From positions 1,317 to 65,316 of the forward strand of contig JAKBBK010000010.1 in the NCBI GenBank assembly GCA_021808525.1: a stretch of 64,000 nt of DNA. Reading direction: 5' to 3'. The notes beneath the pieces are model-generated. The model was not told the origin of the DNA and did not search any database. It saw only the letters and a list, made by a program, of their open reading frames with translations. A program made the translations under genes and the position numbers. Source of the DNA: Pseudomonadota bacterium. GTDB lineage: Bacteria; Pseudomonadota; Gammaproteobacteria; Burkholderiales; Burkholderiaceae_C. Below, one piece after another: positions 21,355 through 30,622 of this stretch (the first letter of the stretch is position 1; each line of letters opens with the position of its first letter).

Positions 21355-22176
21355 ATGAGTACGCACAAGCAGGGAGCACACGAAGCCGGCCCTCCCGCTG
21401 AAGCGACGCCCCACTGCGGGGGCGACCAGGAGAACTGCAGCATCTGCGGCAACGGTATGCGCAACGAGCTGGATTTCAGCTTCGCCTACCAGCCCATCGT
21501 CGACCTTCCCGCGCGGCGCATCTTCGCCCACGAAGCGCTGGTGCGCGGCCCCTCGGGGCAGTCCGCCGCGAGCGTGCTCGAGCGCATCGGTGAAGCCACG
21601 CGCTACAGCTTCGACCAGGCCTGCCGGGTCAAGGCCATCGATCTCGCCTGCGACTTCGGCCTGCTCGAACGCGGGGGCGAGAAGCTGTCCATCAACTTCC
21701 TGCCCCACGCGGTGTACCGGCCGGAAGTCTGCATCCAGACCACGCTGCAGGCCGCGCGCAAGCGCGGGCTGGAGGTGTCGAGCATCGTGTTCGAGGTCAC
21801 GGAGGGCGAACGCATCGAGGACGGCCCCTGGTTCGCCGAGATCCTGCGCGAATATCGCCGGCAGGGCTTTCTCACCGCCATCGACGATTTCGGAGCCGGC
21901 TACGCGGGCCTGCGCCTGCTGTCGGATTTCCAGCCCGACCTGATCAAGCTGGACATGGACCTGGTGCGCGACGTGGACACCCAGCCCGCGCGCCAGGCCA
22001 TCGCCCGCTCGGTCGTACGCCTGGCGCAGGAACTGCGCATCGCGCTGGTGGTCGAGGGGGTCGAGACGCCGGGCGAGCGCGACTTCTTCCTGCACGAGGG
22101 CGTCGCGCTGTTCCAGGGCTACCTGTTCTCGAAACCGGCCTTCCAGAACCTGCCGCGCATCGCCGACTGCGTCTGA
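21355..22176 (+). CDS. Stand-alone EAL-domain c-di-GMP phosphodiesterase
   Basis: AYQPIVD, HEALVRG, IDDFGAGYAG, DLIKLD, VEGVET, FQGYLF; GGAGG RBS at 21341; start uncertain. Confidence 0.88.
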   Translation: MSTHKQGAHEAGPPAEATPHCGGDQENCSICGNGMRNELDFSFAYQPIVDLPARRIFAHEALVRGPSGQSAASVLERIGEATRYSFDQACRVKAIDLACDFGLLERGGEKLSINFLPHAVYRPEVCIQTTLQAARKRGLEVSSIVFEVTEGERIEDGPWFAEILREYRRQGFLTAIDDFGAGYAGLRLLSDFQPDLIKLDMDLVRDVDTQPARQAIARSVVRLAQELRIALVVEGVETPGERDFFLHEGVALFQGYLFSKPAFQNLPRIADCV

Positions 22177-22243
22177 GCAGGCTCAGGGCCGGGCGCGCCG
22201 CTGCGTCGGCTCGAGGGCCTGCGGCCTCCGAGCCGCCTCGGTC

Positions 22244-23692
<1,449 letters not shown>

Positions 23693-23870
23693 GGCGTACT
23701 CCCGGATGCCTCGGCCAGCGCCGGCAGCCGGGCCCTGGCCGCGTGCCGCGGGTTCCGGGCCTGGGCCGCTGGGGTGAACCCGCCGCCGTCACCGCACAAG
23801 AATAGGCGGCGTCGCGCCCGTGCGCACGAAAGCCCCTCGGGCATTCCAGGCTGGGGCGAGCTCCCCGGCA

Positions 23871-23894
23871 GAATGTAGTAACACACCTACATTC
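23871..23894. promoter_or_regulatory. Probable autoregulatory operator of the Phd-VapC module
   Basis: Perfect inverted repeat GAATGTAG-taacacac-CTACATTC 20 nt upstream of the antitoxin ATG. Confidence 0.6.
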
Positions 23895-23914
23895 CTTGTG
23901 GGGAGTATTCGTCC

Positions 23915-24169
23915 ATGCGCACGACCACCCTGTCCAGCCGTGAATTCAATCAGCATGTGACACGCGCGAAGCGAGCCGCTGAAAAGGGGGCGGTGTTCAT
24001 CACGGATCGGGGACACCCGGCGCATGTACTGCTCAGCATCGACGACTACAGGCGCCTGGTACCCAGCCATCGAAGCATCGTCGACGCCCTGTCCATGCCA
24101 GGGTTGCCGGAGATCGACCTGGCGATTCCACGCCCGGCCGAATTGCCGAGGCCGGCTGACTTCGACTGA
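23915..24169 (+). CDS. Type II antitoxin, Phd/YefM family
   Basis: MRTTTLSSREFNQHVTRAKRAAEKGAVFITDRGHPAHVLLSIDDYRRL; TGATG coupling to a PIN toxin gene. Confidence 0.88.
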   Translation: MRTTTLSSREFNQHVTRAKRAAEKGAVFITDRGHPAHVLLSIDDYRRLVPSHRSIVDALSMPGLPEIDLAIPRPAELPRPADFD

Positions 24170-24588
24170 TGTACCTGCTCGACACCCACGTCATCTCGGA
24201 ACTGCGCAAGGCGGGAGACGGGCGCGCCGACTCCCGGGTCGTCGCCTGGCTTGGCGGCGTGGATGCGGCCAGCTTCTATGTCTCCGCGGTCACGATCATG
24301 GAACTCGAACTGGGCATCCTGCTGGTCGAACGCCGCGACAAGGCGCAGGGCGGGCGTCTGAGGGCCTGGATGGACAGGCAGGTGCTGCGGGAATTTGCCG
24401 ATCGGACCCTGCCGCTGGACACGGCCGTGGCCTTGCGTTGCGCAAGCCTGCATTGTCCCGACCCGCGCCCGGGGGGAGAAAGCTCGAGCCCGCATGATGC
24501 CATCCTTCAAGAACTTGCCAACTGCCATGCCGAACTCACCCGCCTGAACTCACCCGCGCTGCGGAAGACGTTGGAGGCCAAGCCATGA
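24169..24588 (+). pseudogene. vapC: VapC/PIN toxin truncated after ~100 aa and fused to unrelated sequence
   Basis: MYLLDTHVISELRK...VSAVTIMELELG...LHCPDPRP then diverges (GGESSSPHD...); the expected C-terminal acidic motifs (D-x-L-I-A-A-T-A; T-R-N-x-x-D-F) are absent. Confidence 0.75.
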
Positions 24589-24606
24589 GCCTCGACCGTC
24601 CGCCGA

Positions 24607-24982
24607 TTGAACGAGCACTTCGAAGTCCACGAGCTTCGCGGCTTTGCATCGGACGATCTGGTGTCCGCCTTCCGGGAAGCCGAGGCGGTCAGCCGGGGAA
24701 CCCGGGCGAAGCAATTCCTCTTCTCCCTGGGCCATGCCGCGCGGCCTCAGCGCCAGCCGCGAGCGCGACCCGCGCAACTTCACGCGGGCCGAATGGGAAC
24801 AGGCCAGAAGCGCCAAGCAAGACCCGAAAGCCCTGAAGGCGATGTTCCAGCAATGCTGGGCCGCCTCCGACTCCGGCCAGGCCTACAAGGCGGCCTTGGC
24901 CGAGCGCGGCTACGCGCTGGCGGTCGGCGACCGTAGGTCAATCATCGCCATCGACTTCCGGGGACAGGTCTACGCCGTCTCC
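24607..24982 (+). pseudogene. Relaxase/mobilization nuclease remnant (two out-of-frame fragments)
   Basis: Fragment 1 NEHFEVHELRGFASDDLVSAFREAEAVSRGTRAKQFLFSL; fragment 2 WAMPRGLSASRERDPRNFTRAEWEQA...DSGQAYKAALAERGYALAVGDRR; both resemble MobA/VirD2-like relaxases (from memory). Confidence 0.7.
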
Positions 24983-25497
24983 ACGAACAATTTCGCAATC
25001 TGCCCCATGGGCAGGAACAGGCGCAAGGGGGTTTGCTGGAACGGCTGGAAGTCAAAATGCCGATAGAAGCTCTCTGCCCGCGCGTCCTTCGCATCCACGA
25101 TCACCGCCATGGCCGCGATCTGCTGCGCGGCTTCAAGGCTGCGGCGCAGGGCGTCCACGAGGAGGAACTCCCCGACACCCTGACCGCCGACCGTGCGGTC
25201 CACCGCAAGCCTGCCGAGCAGAGTGACCGGCAGTTGCCCGTAGCGCGGCAGCCGCTTCATCAGGTCGGGCGGCAGCTCATCAACGGGGATGATGGAGGCT
25301 GAGAGGGTGTAGAAGCCGAGCACCGCTTTGCTGCCCGGCTGCGTGAAGACGAAAGGCGCGGCGACGCGCTTTTCGGCGTCCTGCCTCGCCTGCTCCCGCA
25401 GATAGCGATTCAGGTCTTCGTTGCCGCAGTCGAAGGACTTGCGGTCATGCGCCTTTTCAAGCGGATGGATGTGTTCCGGGAGAAGTGCGAGGGCCAA
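24970..25497 (-). CDS. GNAT acetyltransferase toxin (AtaT/TacT/KacT-like)
   Basis: HDRKSFDCGNEDLNRYL, LGFYTLSA, LLGRLAVDRTVGGQGVGEFLL (acetyl-CoA motif), VDAKDARAESFYRHFDF; TTG start directly after the antitoxin stop. Confidence 0.9.
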   Translation of the reverse strand: MALALLPEHIHPLEKAHDRKSFDCGNEDLNRYLREQARQDAEKRVAAPFVFTQPGSKAVLGFYTLSASIIPVDELPPDLMKRLPRYGQLPVTLLGRLAVDRTVGGQGVGEFLLVDALRRSLEAAQQIAAMAVIVDAKDARAESFYRHFDFQPFQQTPLRLFLPMGQIAKLFVETA

Positions 25498-25794
25498 TCA
25501 CAGCCCCGCCTTCTGACGGTAGCTCTGGACCGCTTTCTTGAGACGCGCGCCCGGTTCGGACGGTGCCAGCAAGGCACTGACGAAGGCGATCTGCTCCGTG
25601 CGGGACAGGCGGATGACCTCGTGCTCTTGCACGATCTTCGCCGCTGCTTCTTGGGTACTGTCGATGACGAGTTCGCTCAAGGTGCGCCCGGTCAGCGTGG
25701 CGGCTCGCTGGAAAAAGTCCTTCTGATCGCTGGATACGCGCGCCTCCAGGCGCGCGTTGCGCGTCTTGTCGTGGGTTTCAGGCGTGTTCAGCAT
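25498..25794 (-). CDS. DUF1778-family RHH antitoxin (AtaR/TacA-like)
   Basis: ARLEARVSSDQKDFFQRAATLTGRTLSELV...IRLSRTEQIAFVSALLAPSEPGARLKKA. Confidence 0.9.
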   Translation of the reverse strand: MLNTPETHDKTRNARLEARVSSDQKDFFQRAATLTGRTLSELVIDSTQEAAAKIVQEHEVIRLSRTEQIAFVSALLAPSEPGARLKKAVQSYRQKAGL

Positions 25795-25832
25795 GGGCGG
25801 CCTCGCTGCGATGGATTCACGGTCACAGTTTT

Positions 25833-25861
25833 ATTGTACGCCATTTGTCCGTACAGATCAA
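25833..25861 (-). promoter_or_regulatory. sigma70 promoter with overlapping operator for the DUF1778-GNAT module
   Basis: Minus strand TTGATC (25861-56) - 17 nt - TACAAT (25838-33); inverted repeat TGTACG-N9-CGTACA (25835-25855) overlaps the spacer and -10. Confidence 0.72.
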
Positions 25862-26019
25862 GATGGGCGTGCGCACCGCGCTTCCCTCCGGGAGCCGCCC
25901 GGACGGCCTTTGCCGACGGTTCCGGCACAGGTTCTTCGCGTCCGTAAACCGGGAATCGAGCCGGTTCCTCCACTGGCGTTTCAGCCCTGCGGGTGCCAGC
26001 CGCACATAGACCCTGCGCC

Positions 26020-26419
26020 GGGACAGTGAATTGCAGGAATACATCCTTGCGACCGTGGCGCAGCACCAGCGTCGCAAGAACGCTGAGCAGACGCGCAACC
26101 GCATGCGGGCGCGTCTATTGAAGGGCTACTGGCCGTTTGCCTGCCCGGTCGGCTACCGATCCCAGCGCGTCAGCGGGCGCGGCAACATGCTTGTGCGCAA
26201 CGAGCCACTCGCGTCCATCGTGCAAGAGGCCCTTGAGGGCTACGCCTCGGGCCGCTTCCAGTTGCAGGCCGACTTCTGACCGCATCGAGGACAAGCGAAC
26301 CGTCCTCAAGCTGGCCTTTGCGGACCGTCTGGCGTACACGAAAAAACAGGGGCTTAGAACCCCGGTTTTTTCCTTGCCGTTCAAGACCTCGGGCAACTTT
26401 GAACGGCAAGAATTGAAGA
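26020..26419 (+). pseudogene. Large serine recombinase remnant (internal fragment plus extreme C-terminus)
   Basis: ELQEYILATVAQHQRRKNAEQTRNRMRAR...PVGY...EPLASIVQEALEGYASGRF, then a frame break and RIEDKRTVLKLAFADRLAY...LPFK running into the tRNA; catalytic N-terminus not seen. Confidence 0.72.
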
Positions 26420-26495
26420 TGGCGCGCCCGGCTGGGATCGAACCAGCGACCCTTGGCTTCGGAGGCCAATACTCTATCCACTGAGCTACGGGCGC
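26420..26495 (-). tRNA. tRNA-Arg (anticodon CCG)
   Basis: GCGCCCGTAGCTCAGTGGATAGAGTATTGGCCTCCGAAGCCAAGGGTCGCTGGTTCGATCCCAGCCGGGCGCGCCA; 76 nt, anticodon arm TTGGC-CTCCGAA-GCCAA, GGTTCGA T-loop, encoded CCA. Confidence 0.97.
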
Positions 26496-26768
26496 ATGGC
26501 GCCGGAGCGCAGTTCCGGGCCAAACCGACAGTGTAACGCCTAGCCGAGGCCTTGCGCGGGCCCCGCGAGGCGCGCTTCGCCGCGCGCCCGCGCGATTGCC
26601 ACGACAGGGCCCGGCATGTGCTGACGATGGTCAACTCCGCGCACATGCCGCGGTGCACCAGGACGTCGCGCCTGCCCAGGGCCTCGCGGGCGTCCTATCA
26701 TGCAGCTCGCAACTGCGGCGCGGCCCTCGCGGGGGGACCGGGCCATTCATGACCTTTTTGCACCGACC

Positions 26769-27368
26769 ATGAGCGCACACGACTCCAAACACTCCAAGGG
26801 CCATGCCGCGCCCGCCGACGCTTCGCACGGGGCCCTGCCCTTCGCCCCCACCCTGCGCAAGCTGATCGTGATCCTGCTGGTGGGCTTCGCGGTGCCCGTG
26901 ATCATCCTGGTGCTGATCGCCCACTTCATCGCCGACGAAACCGCGCCGCCCGCCTCCTCCGAGGCGGTGGGCACGCAGGTCTCCGCCGCCTCGGCCGCCT
27001 CCGCCGCCTCCACCGAGCAGCGCATCGCGCCGGTGGCGCAGGCCAGCGCTGCCAGCCCGTCGGCGGCCAGCGCCCCGGCGGCCGGCGCCGCTCCCGCAGC
27101 CGGCGGAACCACGGTGGCCGATGCGGGCAAGAAGGTCTACGAAAGCACCTGCATCGCCTGCCACGGCGCCGGGATTGCCGGAGCACCCAAGTTCGGCGAC
27201 AAGTCCGACTGGGCCCCGATCATCGCCCAGGGCATGCCCACGCTGTACGAGCGCGCGCTGCACGGCTACACGGGCAAACGCGGCATGATGCCGCCCAAGG
27301 GCGGCAGCACGGCCAGCGACGCCGACGTGAAGGCCGCGGTCGACTACATGGTCGCCGCCGCCAAGTAG
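26769..27368 (+). CDS. Membrane-anchored cytochrome c5-family protein (single heme)
   Basis: N-terminal TM helix, Ala/Ser/Pro linker, GKKVYESTCIACHGAGIAGAP, MMPPKGG distal Met. Confidence 0.9.
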   Translation: MSAHDSKHSKGHAAPADASHGALPFAPTLRKLIVILLVGFAVPVIILVLIAHFIADETAPPASSEAVGTQVSAASAASAASTEQRIAPVAQASAASPSAASAPAAGAAPAAGGTTVADAGKKVYESTCIACHGAGIAGAPKFGDKSDWAPIIAQGMPTLYERALHGYTGKRGMMPPKGGSTASDADVKAAVDYMVAAAK

Positions 27369-27414
27369 GAAGCAGGATCCGCTAGGGCCGCGCCGGCGCC
27401 GCCGGCGCGCGGGC

Positions 27415-27999
27415 TCAGCTCCAGCGCGCCGACGCGGAGGGGCTGGCGCGAAATCCCAGGCGCTCCTCGATGTCCGCCGCGTCCAGCGGCTGCAGCTCCA
27501 GCGCTGCGCCGCCGGGCAGGCGCAGGCTGGACAGCGAGTCGTCGAGCCAGGGCTCCAGCAGCACCATGTCCAGGCTGTGCAGCAGGCCCGGGCCGGCCTG
27601 GGTTCCCAGCCACACGCGCCCGCGCCCGTCCAGCCAGGCTTGGCGCGGCTCGCAGTGCGCGCCGGTGTGCGTGCTCCAGCGCGCACCCTGCCCGTCGACC
27701 TGCAGGCGCAGGATCAGCGGCGCGACCTCGAGTTCCACGTAGACCTGCTGCGGCCCGTTCTGGAAGTACCAGCAACCCTGCGCATCGGGCTGGTAGTTGC
27801 GCCCGACGAAGGCGCACAGACCCTCGTGCAGCAGCCGGCTGGCGCCCTGCTTGTCCAGGGCGCCGTCCTCGCGCCGCGGCCAGGGCAGCGCCTGGGCGTC
27901 GCGAATCCACCACTGGCCGCGCGCATCCAGCCCCAGCCAGCCCGCGCAGGCCGGAACCCGGGGCCAGCGGCGCATGGCCTGGAGCACCTGCTCATCCAT
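27415..27999 (-). CDS. DUF2946-like conserved hypothetical protein
   Basis: MDEQVLQAMRRWPRVPACAGWLGLDARGQW...FVGRNY...WYFQNGPQQVYVELE. Confidence 0.8.
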   Translation of the reverse strand: MDEQVLQAMRRWPRVPACAGWLGLDARGQWWIRDAQALPWPRREDGALDKQGASRLLHEGLCAFVGRNYQPDAQGCWYFQNGPQQVYVELEVAPLILRLQVDGQGARWSTHTGAHCEPRQAWLDGRGRVWLGTQAGPGLLHSLDMVLLEPWLDDSLSSLRLPGGAALELQPLDAADIEERLGFRASPSASARWS

Positions 28000-28021
28000 G
28001 ATGCGGTGCCCTCGGCGCGCC

Positions 28022-28471
28022 TCAATGCAGGCGCTCGGACTGGGCCAGCAGCTCGCCGGCCTCCTCCAGGGTGCCGGGGCTGGCGTGATGCAGCACCAGG
28101 CGCCAGCCCTGCGGCGTGCGCAGGTACACATTGGTGGCCAGCACGCAGGCGAAAGCCGCGGAGGCGCCGGGTGGCAGGCTCACGCGCTCGACCACGTTGT
28201 GCACCGCGCAGCCCATGGTGACGGTGCGCAGCACGCACTCGGGGGCGACGGGAAGCGCGCCACCGCCCAGCAATTGCTCGAAACTCGCTCGAATCGCCGC
28301 GGCGCCGACCAGGCGCGCGCCTCCGGGATGTATGCACACCGGCTCGTCATCGTCGCTCCACACCCGCATCACGGCCTCGGCGTCGCCGGCCTGCAGGGCC
28401 TCGTAGAAGGCGGCTTCGGCGGCTTCGGCGGAACTCAGCGGCCCGCTGGTCACGGGGGGGTTGCGAGGCAT
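28022..28471 (-). CDS. NTF2/SnoaL-like protein
   Basis: AEAAFYEALQAGDAEAVMRVW, CIHPGG, ATNVYLRTPQGWRLVLHHAS. Confidence 0.82.
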   Translation of the reverse strand: MPRNPPVTSGPLSSAEAAEAAFYEALQAGDAEAVMRVWSDDDEPVCIHPGGARLVGAAAIRASFEQLLGGGALPVAPECVLRTVTMGCAVHNVVERVSLPPGASAAFACVLATNVYLRTPQGWRLVLHHASPGTLEEAGELLAQSERLH

Positions 28472-28505
28472 GGGCGACTCCAGGCGCGGCTCGGGCCGCG
28501 AGGCT

Positions 28506-29381
28506 TCACTTGAACACGACGGTCTTGTGGCCGTTGCGCAGGATGCGGTGCTCCACATGCCAGCGCACCGCGCGCGCCAGCACCTGGTTTTCCACGTCCT
28601 GCCCCACCGAGGTCAGCTCCTCGGCGTCCAGGCCGTGGTCCACGCGCTGCACGTCCTGCTCGATGATAGGGCCCTCGTCCAGCTCCGGCGTCACGTAGTG
28701 CGCGGTGGCCCCGATCAGCTTCACGCCGCGCTCATGCGCCTGGCGGTACGGGCGCGCGCCCTTGAAGCTGGGCAGGAAGGAGTGGTGGATGTTGATGGCG
28801 CGTCCGTCCAGCGCGGCGCAGAACTCGGCGCTCAGGATCTGCATGTAGCGCGCGAGCACCAGCAGCTCGACCCCCTGCTCGCGCATCAGGGCCTCGATGC
28901 GCAATTCCTGCGCGCGCTTGGTCTGCGCGTCCGCCCCTGCGACCAGCGGTTCGTGGTGAAAGGGCACTTCGTAGTGCGCCGCCAGCGAGGCGCAGTCGCG
29001 GTGATTGGACACCACGCCCACCACGTCCATGGGAATCTGCCCGGCGCGCCAGCGAAACAGCAGGTCGTTGAGGCAATGCGCCTGGCGGCTCACCGCGATG
29101 AGCACGCGCTCGCGCCGCGCCACGCAGTGGATCTGCGCCTGCATGCCGAAGCGCTGGCGCAGGTCGGTGAACAGGAGCTCGACCTTCTCGGCGCCGTCCA
29201 GGTGGGACGGCGCCGAGAAGTGCACCCGCATGAAGAACAGACCCGTGGCGGGGTCGCCGAACTGCTGCGAATCCAGGATGTTGCATCCGGCCTGGTACAG
29301 CACGCCGGACACCGAATAGACGATGCCCTTGGCATCGGCGCAGGACAGGGTGAGGATGAAATCGTTGGCGGCAGGATTCAT
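28506..29381 (-). CDS. purU: Formyltetrahydrofolate deformylase
   Basis: ACT domain then VVSNH, LVLARYMQILS, INIHHSFLPSFKGARPY, GATAHYVT, LDEGPIIEQ. Confidence 0.96.
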   Translation of the reverse strand: MNPAANDFILTLSCADAKGIVYSVSGVLYQAGCNILDSQQFGDPATGLFFMRVHFSAPSHLDGAEKVELLFTDLRQRFGMQAQIHCVARRERVLIAVSRQAHCLNDLLFRWRAGQIPMDVVGVVSNHRDCASLAAHYEVPFHHEPLVAGADAQTKRAQELRIEALMREQGVELLVLARYMQILSAEFCAALDGRAINIHHSFLPSFKGARPYRQAHERGVKLIGATAHYVTPELDEGPIIEQDVQRVDHGLDAEELTSVGQDVENQVLARAVRWHVEHRILRNGHKTVVFK

Positions 29382-29448
29382 GGCGTGCGGTGGCGCGCGC
29401 CGACCATCGGCGGGGCCGCCGGCATTCTAGGGAATCCCCGGATGTCGT

Positions 29449-30495
29449 TCAGGAATCGCCGAGCCGCGCCACCACGGCGGAAGCGAAGGTCCTGGTGTCG
29501 GCCTTGCCGCCGAGGTCGCCGGTGCGCACGCCGTCGGCGTTGAGGCTGCGCTCGATGGCGCGGCGCAGGCGCTCGCCCTTGTCCTTCAGGCCCACGTGGT
29601 CGAGCATCATGCCGGCGGCCAGCATCAGCGCCACCGGGTTGGCGATGCCCTTGCCGGCGATGTCCGGCGCCGAGCCGTGCACGGCCTCGAAAATCGCCGC
29701 GTCCTGGCCGATGTTGGCGCCGGGCGCCATGCCCAGGCCGCCGACCAGCCCGGCGCACAGGTCGGAGAGGATGTCCCCGAACAGATTGGTGGTGACCAGG
29801 CAATCGAACTGCCAGGGGTTGATCACCAGCTTCATGCAGCAGGCGTCGACGATCACGTCGTCCAGCGCGATGCGGTCGGCGTATTTCTGCTGGTGCAACT
29901 GGTAGGCGGTTTCCAGGAAGATGCCGGTCAGCGCCTTCATGATGTTGGCCTTGTGCACCACGGTCATCTTCCTGCGTCCCAGGGCGATGGCGGTGGTGAA
30001 GGCGTAGTCGAGGATGTGGCGGGCGCCCTGGCGGGTGTTCACGCCGGTGGACATGGCCACCGCGTGGGGGTCGTCGTCGATCGGGATGTAGTGCTCGTAG
30101 CCCATGTACAGGCCCTCGACGTTCTCCCGGAACACCAGCAGGTCGATGTTGTCGAAACGCCCGCCGGGGATCAGCGTCTTGGCCGGGCGCATGTTGGCGT
30201 ACAGATGGAAGGCCTCGCGCAGACGCACGTTGGAGGAGCGGTAGCCCCCGCCCGACGGAGTCTCCAGCGGGCCCTTGAGGGCCAGGCGGGTGCGTCGGAT
30301 GCTGTCCAGCGTGGCCTGCGGCAGGGGGTCGCCCGCCGCCTTCACGCCTCCCAGGCCGGCGATCTGGGGATCCCAGTCGAAGGGAGCCTCGAGCGCCTCC
30401 AGCACGCGCAGCGTGGCCTCCATGATCTCCGGCCCGATGCCATCGCCTGCGATCAGGGTGGCGGGAATGCGGCTTGCGGGGGTGCTGTCGGCCAT
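29449..30495 (-). CDS. Isocitrate/isopropylmalate dehydrogenase family enzyme (probable NAD-IDH)
   Basis: GDGIGPEI, SSNVRLR, FRENVEGLY, VHKANIMK, NLFGDILSDL, FEAVHGSAPDIAG. Confidence 0.88.
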   Translation of the reverse strand: MADSTPASRIPATLIAGDGIGPEIMEATLRVLEALEAPFDWDPQIAGLGGVKAAGDPLPQATLDSIRRTRLALKGPLETPSGGGYRSSNVRLREAFHLYANMRPAKTLIPGGRFDNIDLLVFRENVEGLYMGYEHYIPIDDDPHAVAMSTGVNTRQGARHILDYAFTTAIALGRRKMTVVHKANIMKALTGIFLETAYQLHQQKYADRIALDDVIVDACCMKLVINPWQFDCLVTTNLFGDILSDLCAGLVGGLGMAPGANIGQDAAIFEAVHGSAPDIAGKGIANPVALMLAAGMMLDHVGLKDKGERLRRAIERSLNADGVRTGDLGGKADTRTFASAVVARLGDS

Positions 30496-30622
30496 GCCGG
30501 GTCTCCTGGGTGGGGCGCCATCGAAACTGCGCGGCCGCTGGCATCCTGGCCGCGACTCAAGCATATACGCGGCAACGTTGCAGGAAGCTGACGACCGGCG
30601 CGCGCGCCGCGCAGCTTCGCCC

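Larger units (their letters stand above)
23870..26419. mobile_element. Decayed integrative (IME/ICE-like) element at the tRNA-Arg(CCG) 3' end
   Basis: Visibly lower GC; two TA modules, a relaxase remnant, and a serine recombinase remnant abutting the tRNA CCA end; left boundary approximate because no matching att repeat was found. Confidence 0.75.

Noticed and set aside
22188-22199. 12-bp match (GCCGGGCGCGCC) to the tRNA acceptor end between the EAL gene and fumC
   Set aside because: Inverted relative to the tRNA, whereas att sites are direct repeats; all-GC and likely chance.
25788-26104. Short ORFs in the island between the TA promoter and the recombinase fragment
   Set aside because: No recognisable motifs; they overlap the TA promoter/operator and run antisense to the recombinase remnant.
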